From: an uncultured Magnetococcales bacterium
GTDB taxonomy: Bacteria > Pseudomonadota > Alphaproteobacteria > UBA2136
Direction: 5' to 3'
DNA: 64,000 bases
Assembly: GCA_963974105.1 (NCBI GenBank)
Contig: CAXBBG010000001.1
Span: forward strand, 578,793-642,792
Shown piece by piece: positions 49,581 to 59,160 of this stretch; positions within the stretch are counted from its first letter, which is position 1; every line of letters begins with the position of its first letter. The notes beneath the pieces were generated by a model. It saw only the letters and a list, made by a program, of their open reading frames with translations, had not been told where the DNA came from and did not search any database. The translations under genes and the position numbers were made by a program.

Positions 49581-50266
49581 TTTTTTGTGCCGTCTTTGTT
49601 GTAGGTTTTATTGTAGGTCAATTTTTGAATGTAGAGAGCTGATGTATTACCAATTTCGGGGCTATTTGCCTTATACTTTTCAAGGCCAAAACGGGCAAGT
49701 TCGACAGGGTTAATGTAATGATATTCTTCTGCCTCTTGGCTGTGGTTTGGTATATCTTCTCTATGCTTTAAAACAGCGTTTCCAATAACAACGCTATTTT
49801 CAAAAAGCGCTTTACCTGCATCGGTAGATTGAATGGAAACGGGTTTATCGTTTGCGCCATCTGTCTTAAAATTTTGCATATATATATTGCCGCCGTGTGC
49901 TTCTATCCATACACTTAGGTTGTTTTTAAGTGGATTGTTTTGCATGTAGTTATAGGCCAATGCTTCTAAGCTTGTAACGCCAATAACTGGAATGTTAAGT
50001 GCAAAGGCTAAGCCTTTAGCCGTTGCAAGCCCCACACGGATGCTGGTAAATGAGCCAGGGCCGCGCGTAACGGCGATAAACTCAAGATCACTAAATTCAA
50101 TATCAGCCTGGGTTATGACCTTTTGAATGCTTGGGTGCACGTTCTCGCTTAGGCGACGGTAAGCCATGTCATTATAACTTGCAATTTCTTTTCCACACAT
50201 GTCTATAACAGCCACGCCAAGGTGTTCTGTTGAAGTTTCTATAGCAAGGGCATATTTCTTTTTCAT
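49577..50266 (-). CDS. tsaB: tRNA threonylcarbamoyladenosine biosynthesis protein TsaB (YeaZ)
   Basis: ALAIETSTEHLGVAVI N-terminal ASKHA fold motif and GPGSFTSIRVGLATAKGLA. Confidence 0.85.
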   Translation of the reverse strand: MKKKYALAIETSTEHLGVAVIDMCGKEIASYNDMAYRRLSENVHPSIQKVITQADIEFSDLEFIAVTRGPGSFTSIRVGLATAKGLAFALNIPVIGVTSLEALAYNYMQNNPLKNNLSVWIEAHGGNIYMQNFKTDGANDKPVSIQSTDAGKALFENSVVIGNAVLKHREDIPNHSQEAEEYHYINPVELARFGLEKYKANSPEIGNTSALYIQKLTYNKTYNKDGTKK

Positions 50267-50458
50267 GATGATATTATATATACTTTTTTGTGAATTTTTT
50301 AAAGCATTATTCTTTTTATCAAGTTATCAAAAGTGGTGTGCGCTTAAATAATAAGTGACAGTTTTTTCTTACTTAAGATTGTATACATACCTATAAGTGT
50401 AGTGGGAGTGAATGCAATATAATTTATAAAAACATAATAAATACAGGGAGGTATGTGC

Positions 50459-51316
50459 ATGGTTGGTAGTGTTGGAACTATTGCGATGAGTGCTATGTCC
50501 CGTATTAGTATGGGGGTTGAAGAGCATAGTTCTGACTTTGGTATAGCATCTCTCAATGTTGCCAATGGATTTGCAAATCAAGATAACCCTTTTGGATTTT
50601 CAAGGCTTAGCCCGAATAATGAAAATGGACCTGCTTTTACCGATATGTCATCTATGGGTGGTTTATCTGGAACCGCTGCTATTTCGAGCGGTATGGTGAA
50701 TGCGATTCAAGACGTTAATTTTGATACAGCCCATACAGACGCATCTTTTACAGATGCAATTAAGGATCAGACACTTTCAGAAGGAATATATGATTTAGCG
50801 ACAAGTGGTGAAGGTGATGCAGATGGAGATGTTTCAACCACAGCCCTTGTATCGGCATTGGTCGCTTTAGCAGGTACAGGCGGGGCGGTTGGTAGTCCGA
50901 CAGCTGTAGCGGCTATAAGTAATATAGGTGATACCAGCACAATAGGAGAAACAGGCACGGAGTCGACTCAAGGTACAGGAAGTACAGAGGGCGATGCCAG
51001 CGTGAGTGAAGTTTCGGCTCCCCCGACATACACTCAACCGGCTCTGACAACAAGTGGTGGTTCTGGAAGTAGCGAAGCCTTGGCAGGGTTAGGTGGTTCT
51101 AGTGAATTAAGTGGCGATGCACAGCAAATGCAAATGTCAGAAAAAATCGCCAGCGCGGCAGAGTTTGTGAGTAATGACGAAACCCGTGCCCAAAGCGGTG
51201 TAGGCCTTGCTCAAACAACGAAAATCTTTAGAGAAATGGAAGCTCAGACTAAGTTACAAGATGATATGGAAATTTTACATGCAAAAATTTTATCTCAAAT
51301 TTTAATGGGTGTTTAG
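50459..51316 (+). CDS. hypothetical low-complexity Ser/Thr/Gly/Ala-rich protein
   Basis: SD AGGGAGG lies 7 nt before the ATG at 50459. There is no signal peptide. A long STGA-rich central region is followed by a C-terminal amphipathic segment (KIFREMEAQTKLQDDMEILHAKILSQIL). Confidence 0.6.
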   Translation: MVGSVGTIAMSAMSRISMGVEEHSSDFGIASLNVANGFANQDNPFGFSRLSPNNENGPAFTDMSSMGGLSGTAAISSGMVNAIQDVNFDTAHTDASFTDAIKDQTLSEGIYDLATSGEGDADGDVSTTALVSALVALAGTGGAVGSPTAVAAISNIGDTSTIGETGTESTQGTGSTEGDASVSEVSAPPTYTQPALTTSGGSGSSEALAGLGGSSELSGDAQQMQMSEKIASAAEFVSNDETRAQSGVGLAQTTKIFREMEAQTKLQDDMEILHAKILSQILMGV

Positions 51317-51396
51317 TGGTAAATGTCATTATTTGTTGATAATATTCTAATGTATGTATACATAAGTTAATGGGGAATATCGGGAGAAGTATAAAT

Positions 51397-51693
51397 ATGG
51401 ACCATGTAAGTAACGTCGTTAATAAATCTGTTTTGAGTAACAGTTTTTCGGCGTCTTCAAACAACGCTTTATCGCAATCTACCTTGTTATCATCGTCCTT
51501 TTCCAAGGAAATTCCTAATATTAGCTTTACGCAAGATGGTAAAACACAAACGTTAACCGACGCTATTAACGAAACAGTAAGTCAAAATACAGATATTAAA
51601 AAATACGCAGCTTTATCACAGGTAAATAGCTATGCTGCGACAGATTCCTTACTAGAGGCGGCGTATGATACAAAAATTAATCAATTGGTTTAA
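51397..51693 (+). CDS. hypothetical small Ser/Asn-rich protein
   Basis: SD GGGAGAAG lies 7 nt before the ATG at 51397. About 98 aa with no signal peptide. Confidence 0.5.
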   Translation: MDHVSNVVNKSVLSNSFSASSNNALSQSTLLSSSFSKEIPNISFTQDGKTQTLTDAINETVSQNTDIKKYAALSQVNSYAATDSLLEAAYDTKINQLV

Positions 51694-51702
51694 GGTGGTA
51701 TA

Positions 51703-52005
51703 ATGGATATTAAAGCAATGAACAGCAATACAGCTTTGGCTACATCGGTTAAAGGTATAACTGATAGTGCAGACAAGTTTTCGAAGGCTGCTGAAAGTGT
51801 TGTGAAAAATTATGCAGCCGCTGCGAATATTGTGAGTGGTGCCAGTAGTGGGGAAAATCTTTCGCCAGAAACTTTAGCTGCAGCCAGTGATACAATTTCC
51901 CCTGTGGTGAATATGATGACAAGTCAACATGCCTATAAAGCTAACCTTGAGGTGTTTTCTGTTGTGAGCGATATGGAAGACTCACTTTTAGACGTTTTAG
52001 CTTAA
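51703..52005 (+). CDS. hypothetical small Ala/Ser-rich protein (weak FliE-like or needle-like C-terminal flavour, unconfirmed)
   Basis: SD AAGGTGG; 100 aa. C-terminus VVNMMTSQHAYKANLEVFSVVSDMEDSLLDVLA. Confidence 0.5.
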   Translation: MDIKAMNSNTALATSVKGITDSADKFSKAAESVVKNYAAAANIVSGASSGENLSPETLAAASDTISPVVNMMTSQHAYKANLEVFSVVSDMEDSLLDVLA

Positions 52006-52224
52006 ATATTACGGCCTTTTATCCAATAAGGTATGATATTCATTTGATTGGACAATTCTCTACTTCATTTTACTTATGAAACAAAACTGCAACATTTGCT
52101 CGCACTTCTGTGTCATAAAGTGAAGCGCATGAGCAATTCACTTTCTTTTCTATTTTAAAAATCCTATCATTGTTCACTAATAACTATTGTAATTTAACGC
52201 ACAAGAATAAAAAGTGAAAAAGAT

Positions 52225-55200
52225 ATGGCTCCTATGACGACAAAAAACGGTAAAACAGCATTTAAATCTCTTGTTTCGACTCTTTCTAAAAAGAAAGATG
52301 GTAGGAGTTTAGTGAAATTCGCACACTACTATTTAGACCACACACCAGAGACGGAGATTGTGGATTTAATAGATTCACGACCTGAGTTAAGTCAGCATAT
52401 TGAAGATGTATTTACATTGATGAAAAATTGGCGACCTGGTGACGTACATGTACGTGTTTATCGTGCTGCCGGTACAAACAATACTATTCTTGAAGCGTAT
52501 ATGAACGATGGCCCATTTTTAGTTGATTCATTATGGGAAGAAGTTCAAAGTTCAAACTTGGAAGTGCGCCATACATTTCACCCTGTTTTGCTTGTTAAGC
52601 GTGATGTTGACGGCAAACTTATAGACTTTAAAGAAAACACAACTGCAGAAGAAGGCAAGTCTGAAGGGTATCACCGTGAAGTATTTATTCATATGGAATT
52701 AGACTATATGAATGCTGATGAAGATCTTAAAGGGTTGGAAGAAAAAGCGCGTGATTTACTGACACAAGCTGTGACTGTTAAACGTGACTTTACCAAGATG
52801 ATTGGTAAAATGGAAACACTTATAGCTGAAATTGAAACATCTGCAAAAGCAGGGCACCATGGCGAAGATGCTGAGTTCTTTAAATGGTTAATAGATAAAA
52901 ATTATATCTTTTTAGGTTACCGTCACTACAGCATTAGCCGTAAAGGTGCTAAAACTTATATGAAGCTCACGAAAAAAAGTGGGATGGGTATTTTAAGTGA
53001 TGATAAAACATCTTCTGTTTACAACGAAAAATGTTTAGATGATGTGCCACCAAATCTAAAACACTACTACTCTAATAAAAAAGAATTTGTAACTATTACA
53101 AAAGCTTTAACAAAGTCACCTGTACACCGCCGTGCCGACATGGATTATATTGGTGTGAAGGAGTTTGATGCAAAGGGCAATGTTATTGGTGAACATAGAT
53201 TCCTCGGTCTATTAACTTCTCGTGCTTATACAACAAACCCTCGCGAAATTCCTTTGGTGCGTAAAAAAATTGAAGCTGTTTTAAATTCTCAGCATAATTT
53301 GCACCCACAATCGCACAATCATAAAGCGCTTGTTAACATTTTAGAAACATACCCACGTGACGAATTGTTCCAAATTCATGTGGATGATTTAGAGCGTATT
53401 TCAACAGGTATTTTAAACCTAAAAGAACGCCAGCAAGTGCGCGTTTTTACACGTCATAGCCGCCATGAATTGCTTACAACAGCCATGGTTTATATTCCAA
53501 ACGAACGTATGAACAGTGCTTTAAGGGAAACTATTATAGAACTCTTGCGTCAGGCGTATAATGCAGAAGATGTTGAATTTATCGTTTCACTAGGTGAATC
53601 ACGCCTTGCGAGATTGTTCCTGAAAATACGTTCGAAACCACCAACAACACCAATGGTTAATGACGTTGTTGTTGAAAATATGGTGCGTAAAGCCGCTAAG
53701 TCATGGTCAGACGACCTTGCCCATGAGCTTTGTGTGGCTTATGGTGAATTAGAAGGTTTGCGTTTACATGCTACATATGGTGCTGCATTCCGTGCAGGTT
53801 ACCAAGAAAATAATTCTGTATGCCTCGCCTTGCAAGATATTGCTTCTTTTGAAAATATGAATAAACATGGCCTTAAATTTCTAGTGGCTATTTCTGAAGG
53901 TCAAGAAGGTGATGAAGATGTGCATTTGAAAGTGTTCCACAAAGAAGGACGCTTAAACTTATCAGAGTTAATGCCGACATTTAACAATATGGGGCTACAT
54001 GTAACAGACGAAAATTCAACACCTATTCAGCAAGCTGATGGCGAAAATATTTGGGTGCATGACTTTGGTGTGCAGGTTCGAGAAGGCCAAGAAGCAATTC
54101 GTGAAGACAAGACTATTTCCGTTCTAACTGAAGCCTTGGAGTGTGCTTGGTATGGTGAATTAGAAAACGATGAGTTGAATAGCCTGATTGTTGGGGCCGG
54201 TTTAAGTGTACGTGAAGTTGTGTATCTACGTACATTTGTCGCTTATTTACAGCAAACTGTCATGCCTTATTCTAAGGGTTACATTCGTCAAACGCTTATT
54301 AACAATGCGCAAATTTCTAAAATGTTATGCGATTTGTTTGATGCAAGTTTTAACCCTGAAAAGGTGTCTAGTCGTACAAAGTCTTTAAAAGCTATAAATA
54401 ATAAAATCGAAGAGGCTTTGTCTATGGTTAAATCTTTAGATGAAGATGTTATTTTGCGTCAAGTTTGGGGGGTTATTAAAGCTTGTTTGCGTACTAACGC
54501 GTTCCAAAGCCAAAGCCCAACTGCACCGCTTGCTATTAAAATGAAGAGTTCAGAAATTCCAAACCTACCAAAACCTCACCCGTTGTTTGAAATATTTGTT
54601 TATCACAGTACAGTTGAAGGTGTTCATTTACGTGGTGGTATGGTTGCCCGAGGTGGTTTACGCTGGTCCGACAGGCCTGAAGATTTCCGTACAGAAGTTT
54701 TAGGTCTTATGAAAACACAGATGACAAAAAATGCGGTTATTGTACCTCTTGGTTCTAAAGGTGGTTTTGTTTTAAAAGTGAAACCAACTACAAATACACG
54801 TGAAGCAATGATGGAAGCTGTTCAAACTGTTTATAAAATATTTATTGGTGGTTTGCTTAGTGTGACGGATAACCTTTCTGCTGGTAATGTTTTAAAACCA
54901 CGTAACGTGGTGTGCCTTGATGGCGATGATCCATATTTGGTTGTCGCTGCTGATAAAGGGACAGCAACATTCTCTGATATGGCGAATGGTGAAGCTATGG
55001 CTGCTGATTATTGGGATGGTACAAAGGATGGTTTCTGGCTGGGAGATGCTTTTGCTTCTGGTGGTTCAAACGGCTATGACCACAAAAAAATGGGTATTAC
55101 AGCACGTGGCGCATGGGAATGTGTGAAACATCACTTTAGAGAACAAAATAAAGATATTCAAACAGAAGAATTTACCTGCGTAGGTATTGGCGATATGGCT

Positions 55201-57078
55201 GGTGACGTATTTGGTAACGGTATGCTGCTTTCTAAAAAAACGAAGCTTGTGGCAGCCTTTAATCACATGCATATCTTTATTGACCCAACGCCTGATACAG
55301 AAAAAAGTTATAAAGAACGTGAGCGTTTGTTTAAAAACCCAAGTCTTTCATGGGCAGATTACGATCAAAAACTTGTTTCTAAGGGCGGTGCTTTGTTTAG
55401 CCGTAGCGATAAATCAATTACGATTTCAAGCGAAGCGCAAGAAGCTCTTGGATTGAAAAAGAATAAAATGACACCAAATGAGCTTATTAAAGGCATTTTA
55501 CGTGCACCGGTTGATCTGTTGTGGAACGGCGGTATTGGTACCTTTATTAAGGCTGGAAAAGAAAATAATATAGATGTTGGCGACCGTGCAAACGATGCGA
55601 TTCGTATTAATGCGGGCGAATTGCGGGCGAAAGTACTTGGCGAAGGTGGTAACCTTGGTTCAACTCAGCTAGCAAGGATAGAATTTGCCTTAAATAATGG
55701 TTATGTAAACACTGATGCCATTGATAACTCGGCAGGTGTGAATTGTTCTGATATTGAGGTTAACATTAAAATTTTGTTAAGCCTGATCCAGGAAAATACA
55801 AAAATGACAAATGCGGCGCGTAATAAATTGCTTGGGCAAATGACAGAAGAGGTGGGTGAGCTTGCTTTAGAAGCCAACTATCGACAGTCACAAATTTTAT
55901 CTATTGCTCAGACAGTAAGTAAGGATATGTTAGAGCCGCATAAGCGACTAATTTCTAGCCTGCATAAAAAAGGTTTCTTAGATCCTAAGTTAGAATTTTT
56001 ACCTGACGATGAAGAACTAGAAAACCGCGTTAAAGAAGGTAAAGGCTTAACAAGGCCAGAGCTTTCAGTGTTGATGGCTTATGCTAAAATGGATATTTAC
56101 AACACGCTTTTAAGTAGTAAATTACCAAGCGAAGAAGTTTTGGAAGATTTGTATTTGTACAATTATTTCCCAACGAAATTACAGGCTAAATATAAAGACA
56201 TGATGGATAATCATCGCTTGAAACGTGAAATTGTGGCAACACAAGTGACGAACGAATTGATTAACCGTATGGGCATGACTTTTATGGACCGTATGATGGA
56301 TGAAACAGGTCATGAAGCGTGCACTATCACACGTGCCTTCATTATTGCTAAAACATTGTTAGGTGCACAAGAATGGTATGACACTATCGATGCTTTGGAT
56401 AACAAAGTAAGTGCTCAGGTTCAGCGTGATCTGCGTGATATTGTGAAGAAACTTGTGGAAGGAACTGCATTTTGGTTCTTGCGTAATGGCAGTGAAAAGC
56501 CCCTAAATATTACGAATACACTTGCCAAGTACCAAAAGCCGTTTGAAGAAGTTGGTAAGAACTTAGAAAAACACTTAACAGATGATATGAAGTCTCGTTT
56601 AGAGCGCCGTAAATCTGAGTGGTTAGCTAAAGGTGTGCCTGAGAAAATTGCAAAATCTTGGTCATTTATTCCAAGTTTAAATTGCTCAGCTGATGTGGCA
56701 ACGATTGCGATTGAAACAAATCAGACTATTTCTGATGTAATGGACTTACATTTCCGCGTGGGTGAATGTTTGAATATGGATGTGCTTCATAAGCGTACGA
56801 AGTCTATCCCTGTGACAGACAATTGGCAACGTGTGGGTAGCTTGTCTATCATCGAGCAACTTTATGGTTTCCAAAAGCAAATTACAGGTCAGGTGATTGC
56901 TGAAAAGCAAGCAACGAAGCTTAAAAAGGCAGATGATGCTGTAAACTCTTGGTTAAGCCATAAAAATGGTTCTGTAAGCCAGTATCAAAAGTTCATTAAG
57001 GAGCTTGTTGCGGATGAAACCACAACACACGCTATGTTAAACGTCGCCCTTGGCCAATTAAAGGGTTTGATTAACTAG
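52225..57078 (+). CDS. gdhB: NAD-specific glutamate dehydrogenase (large about 180 kDa GdhB type)
   Basis: 1617 aa with the Bac_GDH architecture. The central catalytic region contains GGLRW, GSKGGF, VVAADKGTATFSD and GGSNGYDHKKMGITARG. Confidence 0.95.
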   Translation: MAPMTTKNGKTAFKSLVSTLSKKKDGRSLVKFAHYYLDHTPETEIVDLIDSRPELSQHIEDVFTLMKNWRPGDVHVRVYRAAGTNNTILEAYMNDGPFLVDSLWEEVQSSNLEVRHTFHPVLLVKRDVDGKLIDFKENTTAEEGKSEGYHREVFIHMELDYMNADEDLKGLEEKARDLLTQAVTVKRDFTKMIGKMETLIAEIETSAKAGHHGEDAEFFKWLIDKNYIFLGYRHYSISRKGAKTYMKLTKKSGMGILSDDKTSSVYNEKCLDDVPPNLKHYYSNKKEFVTITKALTKSPVHRRADMDYIGVKEFDAKGNVIGEHRFLGLLTSRAYTTNPREIPLVRKKIEAVLNSQHNLHPQSHNHKALVNILETYPRDELFQIHVDDLERISTGILNLKERQQVRVFTRHSRHELLTTAMVYIPNERMNSALRETIIELLRQAYNAEDVEFIVSLGESRLARLFLKIRSKPPTTPMVNDVVVENMVRKAAKSWSDDLAHELCVAYGELEGLRLHATYGAAFRAGYQENNSVCLALQDIASFENMNKHGLKFLVAISEGQEGDEDVHLKVFHKEGRLNLSELMPTFNNMGLHVTDENSTPIQQADGENIWVHDFGVQVREGQEAIREDKTISVLTEALECAWYGELENDELNSLIVGAGLSVREVVYLRTFVAYLQQTVMPYSKGYIRQTLINNAQISKMLCDLFDASFNPEKVSSRTKSLKAINNKIEEALSMVKSLDEDVILRQVWGVIKACLRTNAFQSQSPTAPLAIKMKSSEIPNLPKPHPLFEIFVYHSTVEGVHLRGGMVARGGLRWSDRPEDFRTEVLGLMKTQMTKNAVIVPLGSKGGFVLKVKPTTNTREAMMEAVQTVYKIFIGGLLSVTDNLSAGNVLKPRNVVCLDGDDPYLVVAADKGTATFSDMANGEAMAADYWDGTKDGFWLGDAFASGGSNGYDHKKMGITARGAWECVKHHFREQNKDIQTEEFTCVGIGDMAGDVFGNGMLLSKKTKLVAAFNHMHIFIDPTPDTEKSYKERERLFKNPSLSWADYDQKLVSKGGALFSRSDKSITISSEAQEALGLKKNKMTPNELIKGILRAPVDLLWNGGIGTFIKAGKENNIDVGDRANDAIRINAGELRAKVLGEGGNLGSTQLARIEFALNNGYVNTDAIDNSAGVNCSDIEVNIKILLSLIQENTKMTNAARNKLLGQMTEEVGELALEANYRQSQILSIAQTVSKDMLEPHKRLISSLHKKGFLDPKLEFLPDDEELENRVKEGKGLTRPELSVLMAYAKMDIYNTLLSSKLPSEEVLEDLYLYNYFPTKLQAKYKDMMDNHRLKREIVATQVTNELINRMGMTFMDRMMDETGHEACTITRAFIIAKTLLGAQEWYDTIDALDNKVSAQVQRDLRDIVKKLVEGTAFWFLRNGSEKPLNITNTLAKYQKPFEEVGKNLEKHLTDDMKSRLERRKSEWLAKGVPEKIAKSWSFIPSLNCSADVATIAIETNQTISDVMDLHFRVGECLNMDVLHKRTKSIPVTDNWQRVGSLSIIEQLYGFQKQITGQVIAEKQATKLKKADDAVNSWLSHKNGSVSQYQKFIKELVADETTTHAMLNVALGQLKGLIN

Positions 57079-57285
57079 AAAGAGTAACTAAAATGAAAAA
57101 AACCTCCTGATTGGGGAGGGGGTATAGTGAAATGTGATTGAGTGCCGTTTGTACTATTACTCACCACTTATAACGAATAAAAGCCGTCACTTTCAATAGT
57201 AGCGGCTTTCTTGTACCTTTTGACTCTACAAGTTTTTTTATCGTAAAATTATGTCATTAAATAATGAATTGAAAGAGTATGATCG

Positions 57286-58248
57286 ATGTTTGAAATTTTT
57301 ACAAAAATAGCTGATTATACGACTTATAATTTCTTGAAAATTGATGCCAGCACGCATCTGGCTGAAGCTGTTCATTTCTTCATTGAAGATACGACAAAAA
57401 TATTCTTTCTTATTACTGCTTTAATGATGATTGTAGGGTTTATTCGTTCATGGGTTTCTCCAGAAAAAGTACGACATTGGTTAGACGGAAAGCCTAAAAT
57501 TATTGCATATTTACTAGCTGTAATTTTAGGAGCTATCACACCGTTTTGTTCATGCTCATCTATCCCACTGTTTATTGCATTCCTTAGTTCGGGTATCCCT
57601 CTTGGTGTAACGATGGCATTTTTGATTACCTCACCTTTGGTAAATGAGGTTGCTGCAGTTTTATTTGGTGAAGCAATAGGATGGGACTTCACATTAGCTT
57701 ATGTATCTGTTGGAATGATAATAGGTATGCTTGGAGGCGCGTTAATTGATTTCTTAAAACTAGAAAAGTGGGTTGAACCTTTTGTTTTTCAGATTGAGAA
57801 ATCTGAAGGTGATTTAGCTGAGCTTGAACTTACAATTAAAAAACGCTTTTATCATGCCTATGATGAAACAGTTGATATACTCAAACGTGTTTGGCTTTAC
57901 GTAATTATTGGCGTTGGCGTTGGAGCAGGTATCCATGGCTTTGTTCCACAGGAATGGTTTATTGAACATGCAAATGCTGATAACTTATTTGCTGTACCTT
58001 TAGCCGTTATTATGGCAGTCCCGCTCTACTCTAATGTGACTGGTACTATTCCTGTGGCAGAAGTGTTAATTTCTAAAGGGCTTCCTGTTGGGACAACATT
58101 GGCTTTTATTATGAGTACAGTGGCCATTTCCTTACCAGAATTAGTAATTTTAAGAAAAGTACTTAAAATAAAGATGCTTGTGTTTTTTGTGGCCTATTTG
58201 ACATTTGCATTCATCATTGTAGGTTATGGATTTAACTGGTTATATTAA
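57286..58248 (+). CDS. ArsP/DUF318-family permease (organoarsenical-efflux-permease-like)
   Basis: Eight-TM permease with the TPFCSCS motif diagnostic of ArsP/DUF318. It is followed by a thioredoxin-like redox-active disulfide protein gene. Confidence 0.8.
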   Translation: MFEIFTKIADYTTYNFLKIDASTHLAEAVHFFIEDTTKIFFLITALMMIVGFIRSWVSPEKVRHWLDGKPKIIAYLLAVILGAITPFCSCSSIPLFIAFLSSGIPLGVTMAFLITSPLVNEVAAVLFGEAIGWDFTLAYVSVGMIIGMLGGALIDFLKLEKWVEPFVFQIEKSEGDLAELELTIKKRFYHAYDETVDILKRVWLYVIIGVGVGAGIHGFVPQEWFIEHANADNLFAVPLAVIMAVPLYSNVTGTIPVAEVLISKGLPVGTTLAFIMSTVAISLPELVILRKVLKIKMLVFFVAYLTFAFIIVGYGFNWLY

Positions 58249-58272
58249 ATAATTAAATAAAGGAAAAACGAT

Positions 58273-58506
58273 ATGAAAAAAATAGAAGTATTTGGAACAG
58301 GTTGCAAAAAATGTATCACAATAGAAGATATGATTAAATCAACAGCCAAAGATCTAGGTATCGAAATTGATATACATCACATAAATGATCCAGTTGAGAT
58401 AGCCATGCGCGGTATTATAAGCACGCCCACTGTAGTTGTTGACGGAAAAATTGTCCATAAAGGTGCATTACCAAGTAATAAAGAGATTGAAGAGTGGATT
58501 AAATAA
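58273..58506 (+). CDS. thioredoxin-family redox-active disulfide protein 2 (small, CxxC)
   Basis: MKKIEVFGTGCKKC ... ISTPTVVVDGKIVHKG, 77 aa. This is the classic partner of DUF318 permeases. Confidence 0.8.
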   Translation: MKKIEVFGTGCKKCITIEDMIKSTAKDLGIEIDIHHINDPVEIAMRGIISTPTVVVDGKIVHKGALPSNKEIEEWIK

Positions 58507-58688
58507 ACTGTTTCGTTTTGAAATTTACTCTGATCTTATGATGATGTTAAAAAAAATAAGAACAGGGTTGTAAATATGTATACACTTCCTTATAATAGAG
58601 CTATATAAAACATTTTTTATACCTTTATTAACCCTATTCTAGGGTTTTAACTTTCCCACTATTGCCATGCTTTGGCTAAGGATGTTCT

Positions 58689-59105
58689 ATGACTGTTCTA
58701 AATATTAAGCACAACAAAAAAGTGATTACGCGTTTATTGGCGGGTGATGCAAGTGCGGTTGAAGATGTTGTTTTGCGTGCCGCGCAAAATGATTGTGATC
58801 GTATTCATTTGCCAAATGCTATTTCAGATGAGCTTGTAAAAGCTGTGACTGAATGTGCCGCGACGAAAGAAATTGAAGTTGTGCGTGTGAATTATCAGGG
58901 CATTAGTGCTCAAGAAATTCAGGACACAATTGATTATCTCGCACGTAAAAATGCACGTGAATCACGTATAGAAAATACGACACGTAATCGTTCGAAGGCA
59001 CACAAAAATAAACTCACCCCATCACAGCAGCAAGCTAAAAAACGAGAGCGTGCCATGAAGGACCGCGCAAATTGTAATGGTGGTAAGAAAAAAACCGAAG
59101 AATAA
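58689..59105 (+). CDS. hypothetical protein with basic C-terminal tail
   Basis: 138-aa ORF followed by a strong terminator. No recognisable domain. Confidence 0.5.
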   Translation: MTVLNIKHNKKVITRLLAGDASAVEDVVLRAAQNDCDRIHLPNAISDELVKAVTECAATKEIEVVRVNYQGISAQEIQDTIDYLARKNARESRIENTTRNRSKAHKNKLTPSQQQAKKRERAMKDRANCNGGKKKTEE

Positions 59106-59120
59106 AACTTCGGTTCTCGA

Positions 59121-59151
59121 TAAAAAAAACTCCCTTACGGGAGTTTTTTTA
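59121..59151. terminator. bidirectional intrinsic terminator between the hypothetical gene (+) and metY (-)
   Basis: AACTCCC-TTAC-GGGAGTT hairpin flanked by A8 and T7. Confidence 0.8.
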
Positions 59152-59160
59152 CGACTTAGA

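Noticed and set aside
52005-52224. CACTTC/GTGAAG repeats upstream of gdh as a hairpin
   Set aside because: The repeats are mirror or direct, not reverse-complementary, so they do not form a stem.
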